Virus record (IMG/VR): IMGVR_UViG_3300034062_005355
Source: a virus
Lineage: Duplodnaviria > Caudoviricetes
Direction: 5' to 3' (one strand)
Length of the DNA: 64,000 nucleotides
Shown here: one piece after another, positions 40,660-50,248 of the stretch
Layout: the number at the start of each line of letters is the position of its first letter
How positions within the stretch are numbered: position 1 is the stretch's first letter
Notes under the pieces: model-generated
The model's input: the letters and a program-made list of their open reading frames with translations, nothing else
Database searches by the model: none
What the model was told of the DNA's origin: nothing
Made by a program: the position numbers and the translations under genes

Positions 40660-40935
40660 TTATGAAATACATTGAAACATATATTGATGGAGTTTTTGTG
40701 TGGCACGTATTTGAAATAATAAAATAATTTTTGTGGATGTTGTAATATATTTGGGGAATTGATTATCTTTGTATCATGAATAAAGAATTATTTACAGCAG
40801 AACAAATGATCGAATTCGCTAATTGGTTTAGTGAGGTCTCAGAAAAAGAATTAAACTCATATAGAGATATGTTGAAGCAGAAAGAAGAACAACAATATCA
40901 ATTATACTTAACCTTAAAAGCCAAATACGAATAAT

Positions 40936-41598
40936 ATGAAAAACATACATTTATTACCAACAGATAAATCAAGATTGTATATACATCAAGGAAAGTTGTA
41001 TGACAATAAAAAAACAATGCATATACCAGATGGTGTACAAATACCTCACCACATCTACATCACTGAAGATTCAGAGATTAAAGAAGGAGATTGGATTATT
41101 TGGAATAAGAAAATTGTAAAAGCTATTGATACTGCTTACTACTCTGCTAAAAAAATAATCCTAACAACAGACCGAGACCTAATTGCAGACGGTGTACAAT
41201 CTATTGATGATACTTTTTTAGAATGGTTTGTAAAGAATCCAAGTTGTGAGAAGGTTGAGACTGAAAGGTTAGAAAATGGAAAATATGTTGATTGGCTTGC
41301 AGATGGTAGCGTAATTGAGGGGATTTACGAAAATTACAAAATCATTATCCCACAAGAAACAATTGAAGAGGCTGCTGATTTATGGGCAACAGACACCAAA
41401 AATGTACATCCTGCCGATAGTTATATTGCCAAACAAAGTTTTATTCAAGGCGCTAAATCGCAACAAGAACAAGACAAGAATAAGTATAGTGAAGAAGAAG
41501 TAATTGAATTATTACATAGTAGAATGAGATATACATTGGGTGAGGATTACAAAGAAATGACCACAATAGATTGGTTTGAACAATATAAAAAGAAATAA
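40936..41598 (+). CDS. hypothetical protein
   Basis: 220-aa ORF. Confidence 0.7.
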   Translation: MKNIHLLPTDKSRLYIHQGKLYDNKKTMHIPDGVQIPHHIYITEDSEIKEGDWIIWNKKIVKAIDTAYYSAKKIILTTDRDLIADGVQSIDDTFLEWFVKNPSCEKVETERLENGKYVDWLADGSVIEGIYENYKIIIPQETIEEAADLWATDTKNVHPADSYIAKQSFIQGAKSQQEQDKNKYSEEEVIELLHSRMRYTLGEDYKEMTTIDWFEQYKKK

Positions 41599-41599
41599 T

Positions 41600-41947
41600 A
41601 TGGAAAAATTGTTTTTCAATATGGTTGATTCAATGTGTGAGGGTTGTACTCTTTATAGAGACAAGAAGGGAGACTTATGGTTAATTGATACCAAAACAAA
41701 ACAATGGATTATACATTATTATCTTCCCACCAATTATGCCTGGTGGAACTATAGGTTCTTTGAAACAGTATATAAATTTCTATCTATGCATATTGATGAT
41801 AGGGGGCCAATTAAAAATTGGATTCAAACCAAAATGAATGTTGAGGTTGGATTATGTGAACCCAATATGTTACCAGGAAATTATGATTGGTCTGATGACT
41901 TTAAATTTGAAAAGGTTATTTCTGATGGGGAGGTTTTAAATTTTTAA
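41600..41947 (+). CDS. distant paralog of the 25709/27015 family
   Basis: LWLID....QWII....WWNY.FF...LSM...IKNW. Confidence 0.6.
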   Translation: MEKLFFNMVDSMCEGCTLYRDKKGDLWLIDTKTKQWIIHYYLPTNYAWWNYRFFETVYKFLSMHIDDRGPIKNWIQTKMNVEVGLCEPNMLPGNYDWSDDFKFEKVISDGEVLNF

Positions 41948-42493
41948 GTTATGGATGCAGAATCACAATTAATAGAAATGTTGGATAACGAGTTTCAACT
42001 TGAAATTGCAAAACATATATATGAGGATTTTGGATATCATCCAAACATTGTTCAGGACTTGGTTACAGGTCTTAAACATAAGCTTGATACTGAATTTCAT
42101 CGTAAGGTAAGTGGACTTACTCATATGGATATTCATAACCCAAAAATATAACTTATGTGGACAGCTGACGCAATATTAAAACGTAGATTACATTTATCTA
42201 AAGATTATGAACACCCCGACCATATTCTTACTCTTGAAAAGGGGACCACGGTGACCATTACAAAAGGACGTGAACAGAAGTATTGTGTGTGGGGTCATTT
42301 TGGTCTATGGGACATTGATGAGACGTATATTGACGAAACAACAATTAAGATAATATCTAAGTAGGGGGAATAAATTCTTCTTTTTAACCAGTATGTTCCG
42401 CCGTTTCCGACCTTCGGTCGGTCCGAACTCCTTTGTTATATTGTCTCTTCATTTAGTGTCATCTTAAACAATGGTCGGGATATTTATTTGTAT

Positions 42494-42733
42494 ATGAAAT
42501 ATATCATCACAGAACAACAACAAGAAAATTTAATTTATGACTACTTGAATAAGTACATTGAGTCAGGTTGTGTCAAAATTAAAAAAGCTGGTAGATATAT
42601 GTCCGTTGATGTTGAAAGTCCAAGTTATTTTGAATGGAATGGATTTGATAGGTCTGATGCCTCTAAGATAAAAATATTTCTAAAAAAGAACTCATTCCAA
42701 TATGCGTTCGGAGATTACATCAAAGAATTTTAA
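42494..42733 (+). CDS. IITE-leader hypothetical protein
   Basis: MKYIITEQQQ. Confidence 0.75.
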   Translation: MKYIITEQQQENLIYDYLNKYIESGCVKIKKAGRYMSVDVESPSYFEWNGFDRSDASKIKIFLKKNSFQYAFGDYIKEF

Positions 42734-42737
42734 TAAC

Positions 42738-43154
42738 ATGAAAATCATCATAACCGAATCCAAAATGAATTCCACCATCTATAATTTTATAGATGAACTA
42801 TTTGCGTCAAAAGATGGGAATCCCGAAATTTTTAAACTTGACTCTTTTGATTCAGATGGAGCACCATTGATTGATGCATTTGATTTTGTGAATTCCGATT
42901 ATTATGGTGATGAGGGTTCAGATTACCTTTTTAGTTGGACAGGAAAAGAATATTATAAAACAATTTATGCTCAAGGTAATATAACCAAATTTGAATATGA
43001 AAGGATGATATTGGTATCACCTTTTGTTGAAATTATAGATAAAGATGCTATTGATTCTCTCAATGGTTATTTTGGTGATTTGTGGAAACCTGTATTCAAA
43101 CAATGGTTCAAAGATAAAACAGGATTGGATTATAAAACTTTAACTTTATATTGA
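42738..43154 (+). CDS. IITE-leader hypothetical protein
   Basis: MKIIITESKM; C-terminal FKQWFKDKTGL. Confidence 0.75.
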   Translation: MKIIITESKMNSTIYNFIDELFASKDGNPEIFKLDSFDSDGAPLIDAFDFVNSDYYGDEGSDYLFSWTGKEYYKTIYAQGNITKFEYERMILVSPFVEIIDKDAIDSLNGYFGDLWKPVFKQWFKDKTGLDYKTLTLY

Positions 43155-43155
43155 T

Positions 43156-43482
43156 ATGAAATACATTATAACTGAGAGTAAAATGGAAAACATGATTAAG
43201 GAATATATTCTTAATGATGATAATGATGTTGTTGATGTTGAGTTTGGGACTCAGCGTATAATGTTAGGTTCAGGTCCAAATGAAAAGGGTGAAAGAATTG
43301 TGACACAAAAAATAATCATGGTAACCTTTGATAATGTTAAAAATAAAAAGACCTCAGGTGAATTAAGAGAAAGTACAAGAAAAATTGCAAAAACTCTTGA
43401 AGGTTTATTCGGGATTGATTTTAGAAGTTATGGTAGTGAGTGGGCTTTGAAATTCTATCAAATAAAAAAAGAAGAACTATAA
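43156..43482 (+). CDS. IITE-leader hypothetical protein
   Basis: MKYIITESKM. Confidence 0.8.
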   Translation: MKYIITESKMENMIKEYILNDDNDVVDVEFGTQRIMLGSGPNEKGERIVTQKIIMVTFDNVKNKKTSGELRESTRKIAKTLEGLFGIDFRSYGSEWALKFYQIKKEEL

Positions 43483-43490
43483 CATGAAAT

Positions 43491-43826
43491 ATGCCGCCAA
43501 GAAGACGAAGATTATTAAAATATATTATGGATAAAGAAGAAGTAGAAAACGCAATTAATAAATTAATGTCATTAATTAAACCTGATGAGGTTACGGAAGT
43601 TGCGTTTGAATTACCACACTCATCACCAGATTCATTTACAATGAATGTGGTTTTTGTTGTACCTGATGAGTGGATTAAATCTATGGATGAATATGAACGT
43701 CCTTTGGCTCTTATCCATTTTGTTCAACATATAAGAAAACAAATTAAAAATTATTTGGGAATTAATATTGTTATTCCAAAAGGTGACAGTAGAATTGTTA
43801 AAGAAAGTGATTGGTATAAAATATGA
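43491..43826 (+). CDS. hypothetical protein
   Basis: 111-aa ORF within the cassette run. Confidence 0.65.
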   Translation: MPPRRRRLLKYIMDKEEVENAINKLMSLIKPDEVTEVAFELPHSSPDSFTMNVVFVVPDEWIKSMDEYERPLALIHFVQHIRKQIKNYLGINIVIPKGDSRIVKESDWYKI

Positions 43827-44143
43827 AATACATTATAACAGAAAATAGATTAAACAATATTGTATTCAAATATTTGGATATGAAATATGGCGCTCTTGAA
43901 CAAAAAAAAGGAAAGTATAGTGATATTATTTTTGATTTTCCTGATGAAGAATATGGTATATTAGGATGGGAAAAATCAGGAAATTTATATGTTTTTCACA
44001 AATTAAGGGACGAAATTTCCAAATATTTTGGACTGGATAACAACGATTCCCTAAGGGTTATAGGTAAGTGGGTTGAAGATAGATACAATTTGAAGGTCAT
44101 AAACACCAATGGGCAAAGTATGTATTACCTCGCCCGTGGTTGA
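43823..44143 (+). CDS. IITE-leader protein whose 3' end runs into the CRISPR-like mini-array
   Basis: MKYIITENRL...GKW-VEDRYNLKVINT-NGQSMYYLARG*. Confidence 0.8.
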   Translation: MKYIITENRLNNIVFKYLDMKYGALEQKKGKYSDIIFDFPDEEYGILGWEKSGNLYVFHKLRDEISKYFGLDNNDSLRVIGKWVEDRYNLKVINTNGQSMYYLARG

Positions 44144-44240
44144 AGATAGATACAATTTGAAGGTCATAAACACCGTCCGGCTAGGGTTCCATCTTTGGTA
44201 ATATGTTGAAGATAGACACAATTTAAAGTTAATAATAACA
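44072..44240 (+). CRISPR. orphan CRISPR-like mini-array: three 36-nt repeats, 31- and 30-nt spacers
   Basis: GTTGAAGATAGATACAATTTGAAGGTCATAAACACC identical at 44072 and 44139, degenerate at 44205; spacers unique and GC-richer than flanks. Confidence 0.7.
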
Positions 44241-44596
44241 TGAAATACATAATAACAGAAAGTAAAATTAACAAATTTGTATCCAATTATTTGGATGGAC
44301 AAAAATGGTATACATGGGATATTGGAGATGGTGAATTTAATGTTGCCGATGAAGAATATGGAAAAGACATTATTCATTATAGAATCCAAGAATCAATTAC
44401 GGTTCCTGACCGTATGTTTGATTTAATTTATGTTGATGGTATGTTTGTTACAAGGTTATCCAAATTATTTGGTTTGGAGGCTGTTAGGGATGTTAATCCG
44501 TTAGTTGTTAATTGGTTTAATAAAAAATATAATAAAAACTTAAACAAAGACGATTGGGAGTGGATGGATGAAGAAGATGAAGAAGAAGATTTTTAA
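44240..44596 (+). CDS. IITE-leader hypothetical protein
   Basis: MKYIITESKI; ATG overlaps the last base of the third repeat. Confidence 0.8.
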   Translation: MKYIITESKINKFVSNYLDGQKWYTWDIGDGEFNVADEEYGKDIIHYRIQESITVPDRMFDLIYVDGMFVTRLSKLFGLEAVRDVNPLVVNWFNKKYNKNLNKDDWEWMDEEDEEEDF

Positions 44597-44599
44597 ACA

Positions 44600-44674
44600 A
44601 TGAAATACATTATAACAGAATCACAATATAAATTAAAAGGATGGGGGTTTTTTATTTATGGGGTATTTATGTAA
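44600..44674 (+). pseudogene. leader-only cassette remnant
   Basis: MKYIITESQYKLK runs directly into a half-terminator (tgggggttttttatt). Confidence 0.6.
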
Positions 44675-44675
44675 T

Positions 44676-45920
44676 ATGAAAGTAACGATTAGCGAAAGCC
44701 AATTTATTAGAATGGTTAATAACTCAAAAGGGTGGGGGTTAATCGGTATTAACGAGGGCGGTAAACCAAAAAATACTTTAGAATATATTAAAGACCATAG
44801 TAATGAATTAGAATTAAAATATTTAGGAACGCAAGACGAAAAACTTAGTTATGGGATGACAGACTATAATTGGTTAGATAGAAATAATAAAGAATTGCGC
44901 GACAAAATTATGTTACACCAAAAAAATAAAAAGAAGAAAAAAGAACGGGACATAATAGAAAAAAAATATTTAGGAACTATAGATGGAAACCCTATTCCAG
45001 GATATAATGTTGTTGATACACTTAAGCAGGGTTCCGAGGATTATTATTGGCTTAAATATAATGACATACCTTTACGTGATAAAATTAAAAGTACAGAATA
45101 TTCTTTACTTGGAAAAGTACCTACATCAACAAGATACGTTTCAAGTGATATTAAAGACCATAGTAATGAATTAGAATTAAAATATTTAGGAACGCAAGAC
45201 GAAAAACTTGTTCCAAACTATAAAGTTGTTGATAAACTCACATATAACACTACAGATTATAGTTGGTTATCTAATTATAACATACCATTACGTGACAAAA
45301 TTATGTTATACCAAAAAAATAAAGATATTGAAATACGTAGTAATGATTTCCTCCAAAACTATAAAAAAAATAAGGAGTTTAATTATCTTATGACGGATTA
45401 TAAGTGGTTATGGTATAATAATCCAAACTTGTTTAAAAAAATTAGATTAGATTTTATAAAAAACCACCCTGAAAAACGTAAAGAAAGTATAGGGGAAAAA
45501 AATCTTAAAGACGTATTAAATAGTATGGGATTTACAGGTTTAATTCCTCAGTATAAATATGATGATTGTAGAGGGTCAAAATCTTGTCGTCAGTATATGT
45601 TTGATATATATTTACCATATACAGGTAAAAATATAGAAATTAATGGTAATATACCAAAAAATGGAGTTTTATTTGAATTTGACGGAGAAGGACATTTTAA
45701 ATCTATTAAAAGTTGGGGGGGTGATGATGGTTTATCAGAACGTATTTATAATGATGTATCAAAAAATGAATATACCAAAACTAAAGAAATTAAATTAATT
45801 AGAATTCCATATACCTCTAATAATAAAGAGTTTATTAAGAGCCAAATTATTGATGCACTTAATAACCCTAATCAATTAGTTTTAACTGGAAATTATCCCA
45901 AACTTGGGTGGAATAAATAA
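44676..45920 (+). CDS. TISE-leader PD-(D/E)xK (DUF559/Vsr-like) endonuclease with N-terminal repeats
   Basis: ESIGEK...FDIYLP...FEFDGEGHF...D..KN...LIRIPY; 60-nt exact duplication at 44787 and 45150. Confidence 0.75.
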   Translation: MKVTISESQFIRMVNNSKGWGLIGINEGGKPKNTLEYIKDHSNELELKYLGTQDEKLSYGMTDYNWLDRNNKELRDKIMLHQKNKKKKKERDIIEKKYLGTIDGNPIPGYNVVDTLKQGSEDYYWLKYNDIPLRDKIKSTEYSLLGKVPTSTRYVSSDIKDHSNELELKYLGTQDEKLVPNYKVVDKLTYNTTDYSWLSNYNIPLRDKIMLYQKNKDIEIRSNDFLQNYKKNKEFNYLMTDYKWLWYNNPNLFKKIRLDFIKNHPEKRKESIGEKNLKDVLNSMGFTGLIPQYKYDDCRGSKSCRQYMFDIYLPYTGKNIEINGNIPKNGVLFEFDGEGHFKSIKSWGGDDGLSERIYNDVSKNEYTKTKEIKLIRIPYTSNNKEFIKSQIIDALNNPNQLVLTGNYPKLGWNK

Positions 45921-45942
45921 ACGACACCTTCAGTATAATATT

Positions 45943-45972
45943 AACCCCACCTCAAAAGGATGGGGTTTTTTG
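45943..45972 (+). terminator. intrinsic terminator of the recurrent CCCCA..AA.G.TGGGG type
   Basis: Hairpin plus U tract; similar at 49957, 50199 and 61121. Confidence 0.75.
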
Positions 45973-46015
45973 TTTTAAAATAATTTGTGTATCTTTGTGA
46001 CCTAAGAATACTAAT

Positions 46016-46321
46016 ATGAACATAGAAGAAAAAATGAAAATGGTTAGAGACTTGGTTTCTGACTTTATGGTTGAAAATGACAACCTAATTCCAATCCAAC
46101 ATAGACTTAACCCTGAAGACATTTCTCACATTAAAAATATTGCCACAAGTATTCTATGTACCAAATGGAATGTTGGATATCCTGGTGGTTCCTTTGTTCA
46201 AGCCGTTGTTGATAATAAATTAACTGAAGCATTTGGTAGGGCAGACTCGGTTAATCGTGATTGTATGTTATTCTATACCTCTTTAATGTCCAATGTCGGA
46301 AAACCATTATGTCTTTCATAG
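46016..46321 (+). CDS. hypothetical early protein
   Basis: PGGSFVQAV...L.EAFGRAD motif; sigmaA promoter upstream. Confidence 0.7.
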   Translation: MNIEEKMKMVRDLVSDFMVENDNLIPIQHRLNPEDISHIKNIATSILCTKWNVGYPGGSFVQAVVDNKLTEAFGRADSVNRDCMLFYTSLMSNVGKPLCLS

Positions 46322-46358
46322 ATGTATGGTTTTTTATTTAGTTAGGTATTTATAACTA

Positions 46359-47315
46359 ATGGATAAAACAATTAAACTTCTTGAAGAATTTCTTAAAGAT
46401 TACACAATGGAAGGAGCCTGTGGTTTTTGGGTGCAACCTGATGAAGAAGGTGGAGTGCCGTCAGTTTATATTGTATTGGATTTAGATTGGTTGAAGGAAA
46501 CCCAAACAAAACCTGGATTTATTGAACGAAGAATGAGACAAGGACTTAAAGAAGATATTAAAAATTGGACAGGTATTGAAGTTCCTTATGTTGGTTCCAC
46601 CGCAAAAAAATGTGGTAGTCTAAATGAAAATGTGTCAACGTATCTTCGTAGAAGATTGTCTTTAGAGGGTATGAAACAAGATATTGATAATCTTGTTGAT
46701 TATGAATTAAATCCATGTGAATTTTCGGATATTGGTGATTTTGTTGCTGAAGCCTGTGATATGTTGGCGCATAACTATCTTGAAGACCTACAAGTATCAT
46801 CTAAAGATAAAGATAAGTTCTATTTTGCACTTGTTGATTTATTTGGGAAACATCTTGTGAATGTATACAAACAAAGATGTGTAGAAGGACTAATGGAATC
46901 CAAAAAGAGAATTATTGTTACAGAATCTCAATATAAGAGGATATTTGAACAGAAAAAATCAAAAGTTGAGATGTTTCAAGACTTAATAAATGATAAGTTA
47001 GAAGATATTAGAAAAGAGTGTGATGATTTGGGATTTAATTTTGAGACTTGTAATGATGTTGATATGATTGAATCTATTAAAGTTGAAGGGGTGAATATGT
47101 TAACAGGTGACAGAACGGACATGAGTGGTAATAAGTATGTTTCAGAACCATCAATATACGTTAAACTCACAATTAATTATTCAAGTATTATCCCATCAAA
47201 GGATTTTGACGAAATTATTTATGATTTAAAATGGATGTTAAAAAAATCAACAGGTGGATTACCAATTGTATTGGATTATCAAATAAATAATTTGAACACA
47301 AATAAAGAGTGGTAG
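46359..47315 (+). CDS. three-module protein with internal LNE and IIVTESQ leader-like junctions
   Basis: GSLNENV and LMESKKRIIVTESQYKRIFEQ occur internally. Confidence 0.7.
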   Translation: MDKTIKLLEEFLKDYTMEGACGFWVQPDEEGGVPSVYIVLDLDWLKETQTKPGFIERRMRQGLKEDIKNWTGIEVPYVGSTAKKCGSLNENVSTYLRRRLSLEGMKQDIDNLVDYELNPCEFSDIGDFVAEACDMLAHNYLEDLQVSSKDKDKFYFALVDLFGKHLVNVYKQRCVEGLMESKKRIIVTESQYKRIFEQKKSKVEMFQDLINDKLEDIRKECDDLGFNFETCNDVDMIESIKVEGVNMLTGDRTDMSGNKYVSEPSIYVKLTINYSSIIPSKDFDEIIYDLKWMLKKSTGGLPIVLDYQINNLNTNKEW

Positions 47316-47367
47316 TTAATTTGAATTATTAAAATTTATTTCTTATTATTTTAGAAATAAACAACAC

Positions 47368-47634
47368 ATGGAAGACCAATTATCATTAACTGTAACAATC
47401 AAACCAAATGACGGTAATGTTTCCGTTTTTATTACATACCCCCAAGAACAACAAAAAATATCTTTGTTGGAAATGTCTCAGATTCTAACAGGTGGAATTT
47501 CATTAATAATTAAGTTAGCCAGCAATGATAAAGAGGACGTTAAAGATTATGAAATTATGAATAGAGTAATTAAACAACTTAACGAAGATTTTATATCAAC
47601 TCAATCATTCGAAGATGCGAAAAGAATAGATTAG
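47368..47634 (+). CDS. hypothetical protein
   Basis: 88-aa ORF. Confidence 0.6.
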   Translation: MEDQLSLTVTIKPNDGNVSVFITYPQEQQKISLLEMSQILTGGISLIIKLASNDKEDVKDYEIMNRVIKQLNEDFISTQSFEDAKRID

Positions 47635-47926
47635 TTAATATAAACTAACTATTTATATTCCATAATCCTAAATTACATTAAGACACATGGAAAAAATAAT
47701 AACTAGAACGATTCGTTTCTTGGATAGAAAAATCGTAATGAAGCCAATTGAAGGTAAAGGGTTAGTAGAAACATGGACAACATCACCTCCAATTGATGGA
47801 TTAATAACACAATTTATAAAATACAAAGGTGTTTTTTACTATCTTGTTTTGAGTGTAGATAAATCACTGCCAAGCCCATCTTTATAAGGTGGGTTTTTTA
47901 TTTTAACGTATTTTTATTATACTTGT

Positions 47927-48184
47927 TTGATGAAGAAAGAGATTATAAAATTTATTGAAAACAAATTTAGTTTTCCTTATCTGTATTACGATAAAGCTGA
48001 ACAGACTTGGTATAACGAATTTTTTTTGTATGATATTAAAAGTGAAACTATATTTGTTTCAGATATTGTTAAATCAGAATTATGGAAACGATTTGGTAAA
48101 GATTTTATTGGAAACATTTTTTTTGAGGTAGTATCGGAGTGGTTTAAAATTTCACACAAATATCCTGTAAAAGAAGTTATATAG
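47927..48184 (+). CDS. hypothetical protein sharing the C-terminal EWF domain of the cassette family
   Basis: SEWFKISHKYPVKEV. Confidence 0.6.
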   Translation: MMKKEIIKFIENKFSFPYLYYDKAEQTWYNEFFLYDIKSETIFVSDIVKSELWKRFGKDFIGNIFFEVVSEWFKISHKYPVKEVI

Positions 48185-48229
48185 TTTTTTTATCAGTAAT
48201 TTTTCCTATACTTTATAAAAAGTATTGTT

Positions 48230-48673
48230 ATGGAAAATATAGTTACATGGGACTTCATGGGTTGGAAAGAAAATAACGAACCTGAAGTTGGTTTACAATT
48301 AAAATGGAATAAAACATTATTAGAAAAATTCACTCAGGTTTCAGCACAAATAAATAGAAATTCTTTAAGAGGTGGTGCAGATACTATTACAATGTATCCA
48401 TCACTTGAAGGATTACTTCACCCTGATTATTATGATAATCATAAAAAAATTTTGATGGGTGGTTATAATGTGGTTCTTGATGAAACAATGGACAAATATG
48501 CTATTGAACTTAAGAACCTTAGACTCCTTGAGGATTTAAAAGTTATTCCTGATTTATTAACACCAGGTGAGGTTAACCTAAAACGAATTGAAGACTGTAC
48601 TGAAGAACAAGTGGTTAACTATATTGAAGGGTTAATGGGATTTGTATTAATTGAAAACCTAATTGTAAACTAA
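48230..48673 (+). CDS. hypothetical protein
   Basis: 147-aa ORF. Confidence 0.65.
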   Translation: MENIVTWDFMGWKENNEPEVGLQLKWNKTLLEKFTQVSAQINRNSLRGGADTITMYPSLEGLLHPDYYDNHKKILMGGYNVVLDETMDKYAIELKNLRLLEDLKVIPDLLTPGEVNLKRIEDCTEEQVVNYIEGLMGFVLIENLIVN

Positions 48674-48895
48674 CATGATAACAACTATTAATATTGAAGG
48701 AAAAGATTATAAGGTTACTGATGAGCAACCAATTGAATCTACAGAAGAATTGGTTTTTGAGTTAAGAAACTATAGTGATAAAGAAAATACATTTGTTATT
48801 GGATGTTTTGATGACTTACTAGGGTCTCCAATTAAAAAAGTGTGGAAGATTATAGAATAGACTTATATTTATAATTGATAGAAAATATTAAAAAA

Positions 48896-49147
48896 ATGTC
48901 AAAAATAATAAGATTAACTGAGTCCGAAATGGTTACTTTAATTGAGAAAGTAATTAAAGAACAATATGATTCAAAAAAACTTTACAATAGAGAACACATA
49001 GTTAATCGAGTTAAAAATGGCCCAAAAGAGTTAAAGAAATATATTAGGGAATTACCGTATATAGATTGTTCTGATGGTCAAGGTAATTCACATGTTTGTA
49101 CTACAATACCTGAAGTAATTCATGTCTTTTTATCAGGTAGATATTGA
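48896..49147 (+). CDS. LTE-leader hypothetical protein
   Basis: MSKIIRLTESEM. Confidence 0.7.
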   Translation: MSKIIRLTESEMVTLIEKVIKEQYDSKKLYNREHIVNRVKNGPKELKKYIRELPYIDCSDGQGNSHVCTTIPEVIHVFLSGRY

Positions 49148-49150
49148 AAT

Positions 49151-49471
49151 ATGGGCGAAGAAAAATTAATTAAGGCTTATTCAAAACTAATTAATTCGGA
49201 TATACTAAAAAGTGTATACCCAATGTTAGACCATATTGATATTGCTAAAGTTAAAGACAACCCTAACTTTATAGGATATGATATGTCTGTCAATATTTTT
49301 CTAAATGACCCTAATATTGATAAAAATAATATGTATGCCAAAAAATTTGACCCACATTATCTTGTGGAAAAACATTTAAAAGACCTTTCAAAATATCTTG
49401 GAATTGATTTTCACAAAATCACATTCAAACTTTATTCTCCTGATGGAGAATTAATCTTAAATTGGGATTAA
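49151..49471 (+). CDS. hypothetical protein
   Basis: Related to 36699 (DPH/DPF motif). Confidence 0.6.
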   Translation: MGEEKLIKAYSKLINSDILKSVYPMLDHIDIAKVKDNPNFIGYDMSVNIFLNDPNIDKNNMYAKKFDPHYLVEKHLKDLSKYLGIDFHKITFKLYSPDGELILNWD

Positions 49472-49520
49472 CTATTTTTCTTTTTCAAAAAATTTTATTA
49501 TACTTGTAAAAAATACATTT

Positions 49521-49952
49521 ATGAGTAAAGTTAAAATTTCTACAAGCAAAGGTGATATGATTTGTGAGTTGTACGACAACGAAACACCAATCACCACCAA
49601 CAATTTCAAAAGTTTAATTGAAAAAAAATTCTATGACGGTTTGAACTTCCATAGAGTTATTCCAAACTTTGTGATTCAAGGAGGATGTCCAAATGGTATG
49701 GGTAACGGTGGTCCTGGATATCAAATTGAATGTGAAGTAACGGCACCAAACCAGTTCCACGATAAAGGTGTGTTATCAATGGCTCACGCTGGACGTAACA
49801 CAGGTGGTTCTCAGTTCTTCATCTGTCACAACAGACAAGGAACCCAACACTTGGATGGTAACCATACTTGTTTCGGAAAAGTTGTTGAAGGTCTTGATGT
49901 TATAGACCAAATCCAACAAGGAGACAAAATCAATTCTATTGAAATGATGTAA
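49521..49952 (+). CDS. cyclophilin-type peptidyl-prolyl isomerase
   Basis: FYDGLNFHRVIPNFVIQGG...SMAHAGRNTGGSQFFI...HLDGNHTCFG. Confidence 0.95.
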   Translation: MSKVKISTSKGDMICELYDNETPITTNNFKSLIEKKFYDGLNFHRVIPNFVIQGGCPNGMGNGGPGYQIECEVTAPNQFHDKGVLSMAHAGRNTGGSQFFICHNRQGTQHLDGNHTCFGKVVEGLDVIDQIQQGDKINSIEMM

Positions 49953-50017
49953 TTCTAAACCCCATCTCACAAGGTGGGGTTTTTTGTTTCTCATGATATT
50001 TATGTTAAAGAAAAAAT

Positions 50018-50194
50018 ATGAAACACATTTTAAATAATTTGTCAGAACAGGAGAAGAATAGTATCCGTGAACAACATACAGGTGGAATGAAGGTTATGAC
50101 CGAGAACTTTAGTAAGTTGTTAAACTCAAAACTTGGTGATTCAAAACCATTGGTTGAACAAAAAGAAGATACATTAGATACTGAAGAAAATTAA
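50018..50194 (+). CDS. 58-aa LSE-leader small protein
   Basis: Translated by hand: MKHILNNLSEQEKNSIREQH...; TATTTAT upstream, terminator downstream. Confidence 0.7.
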   Translation: MKHILNNLSEQEKNSIREQHTGGMKVMTENFSKLLNSKLGDSKPLVEQKEDTLDTEEN

Positions 50195-50248
50195 AACTAA
50201 CCCCACTCACAAGGTGGGGTTTTTTCATTTCTAAAGTATTTATATATT

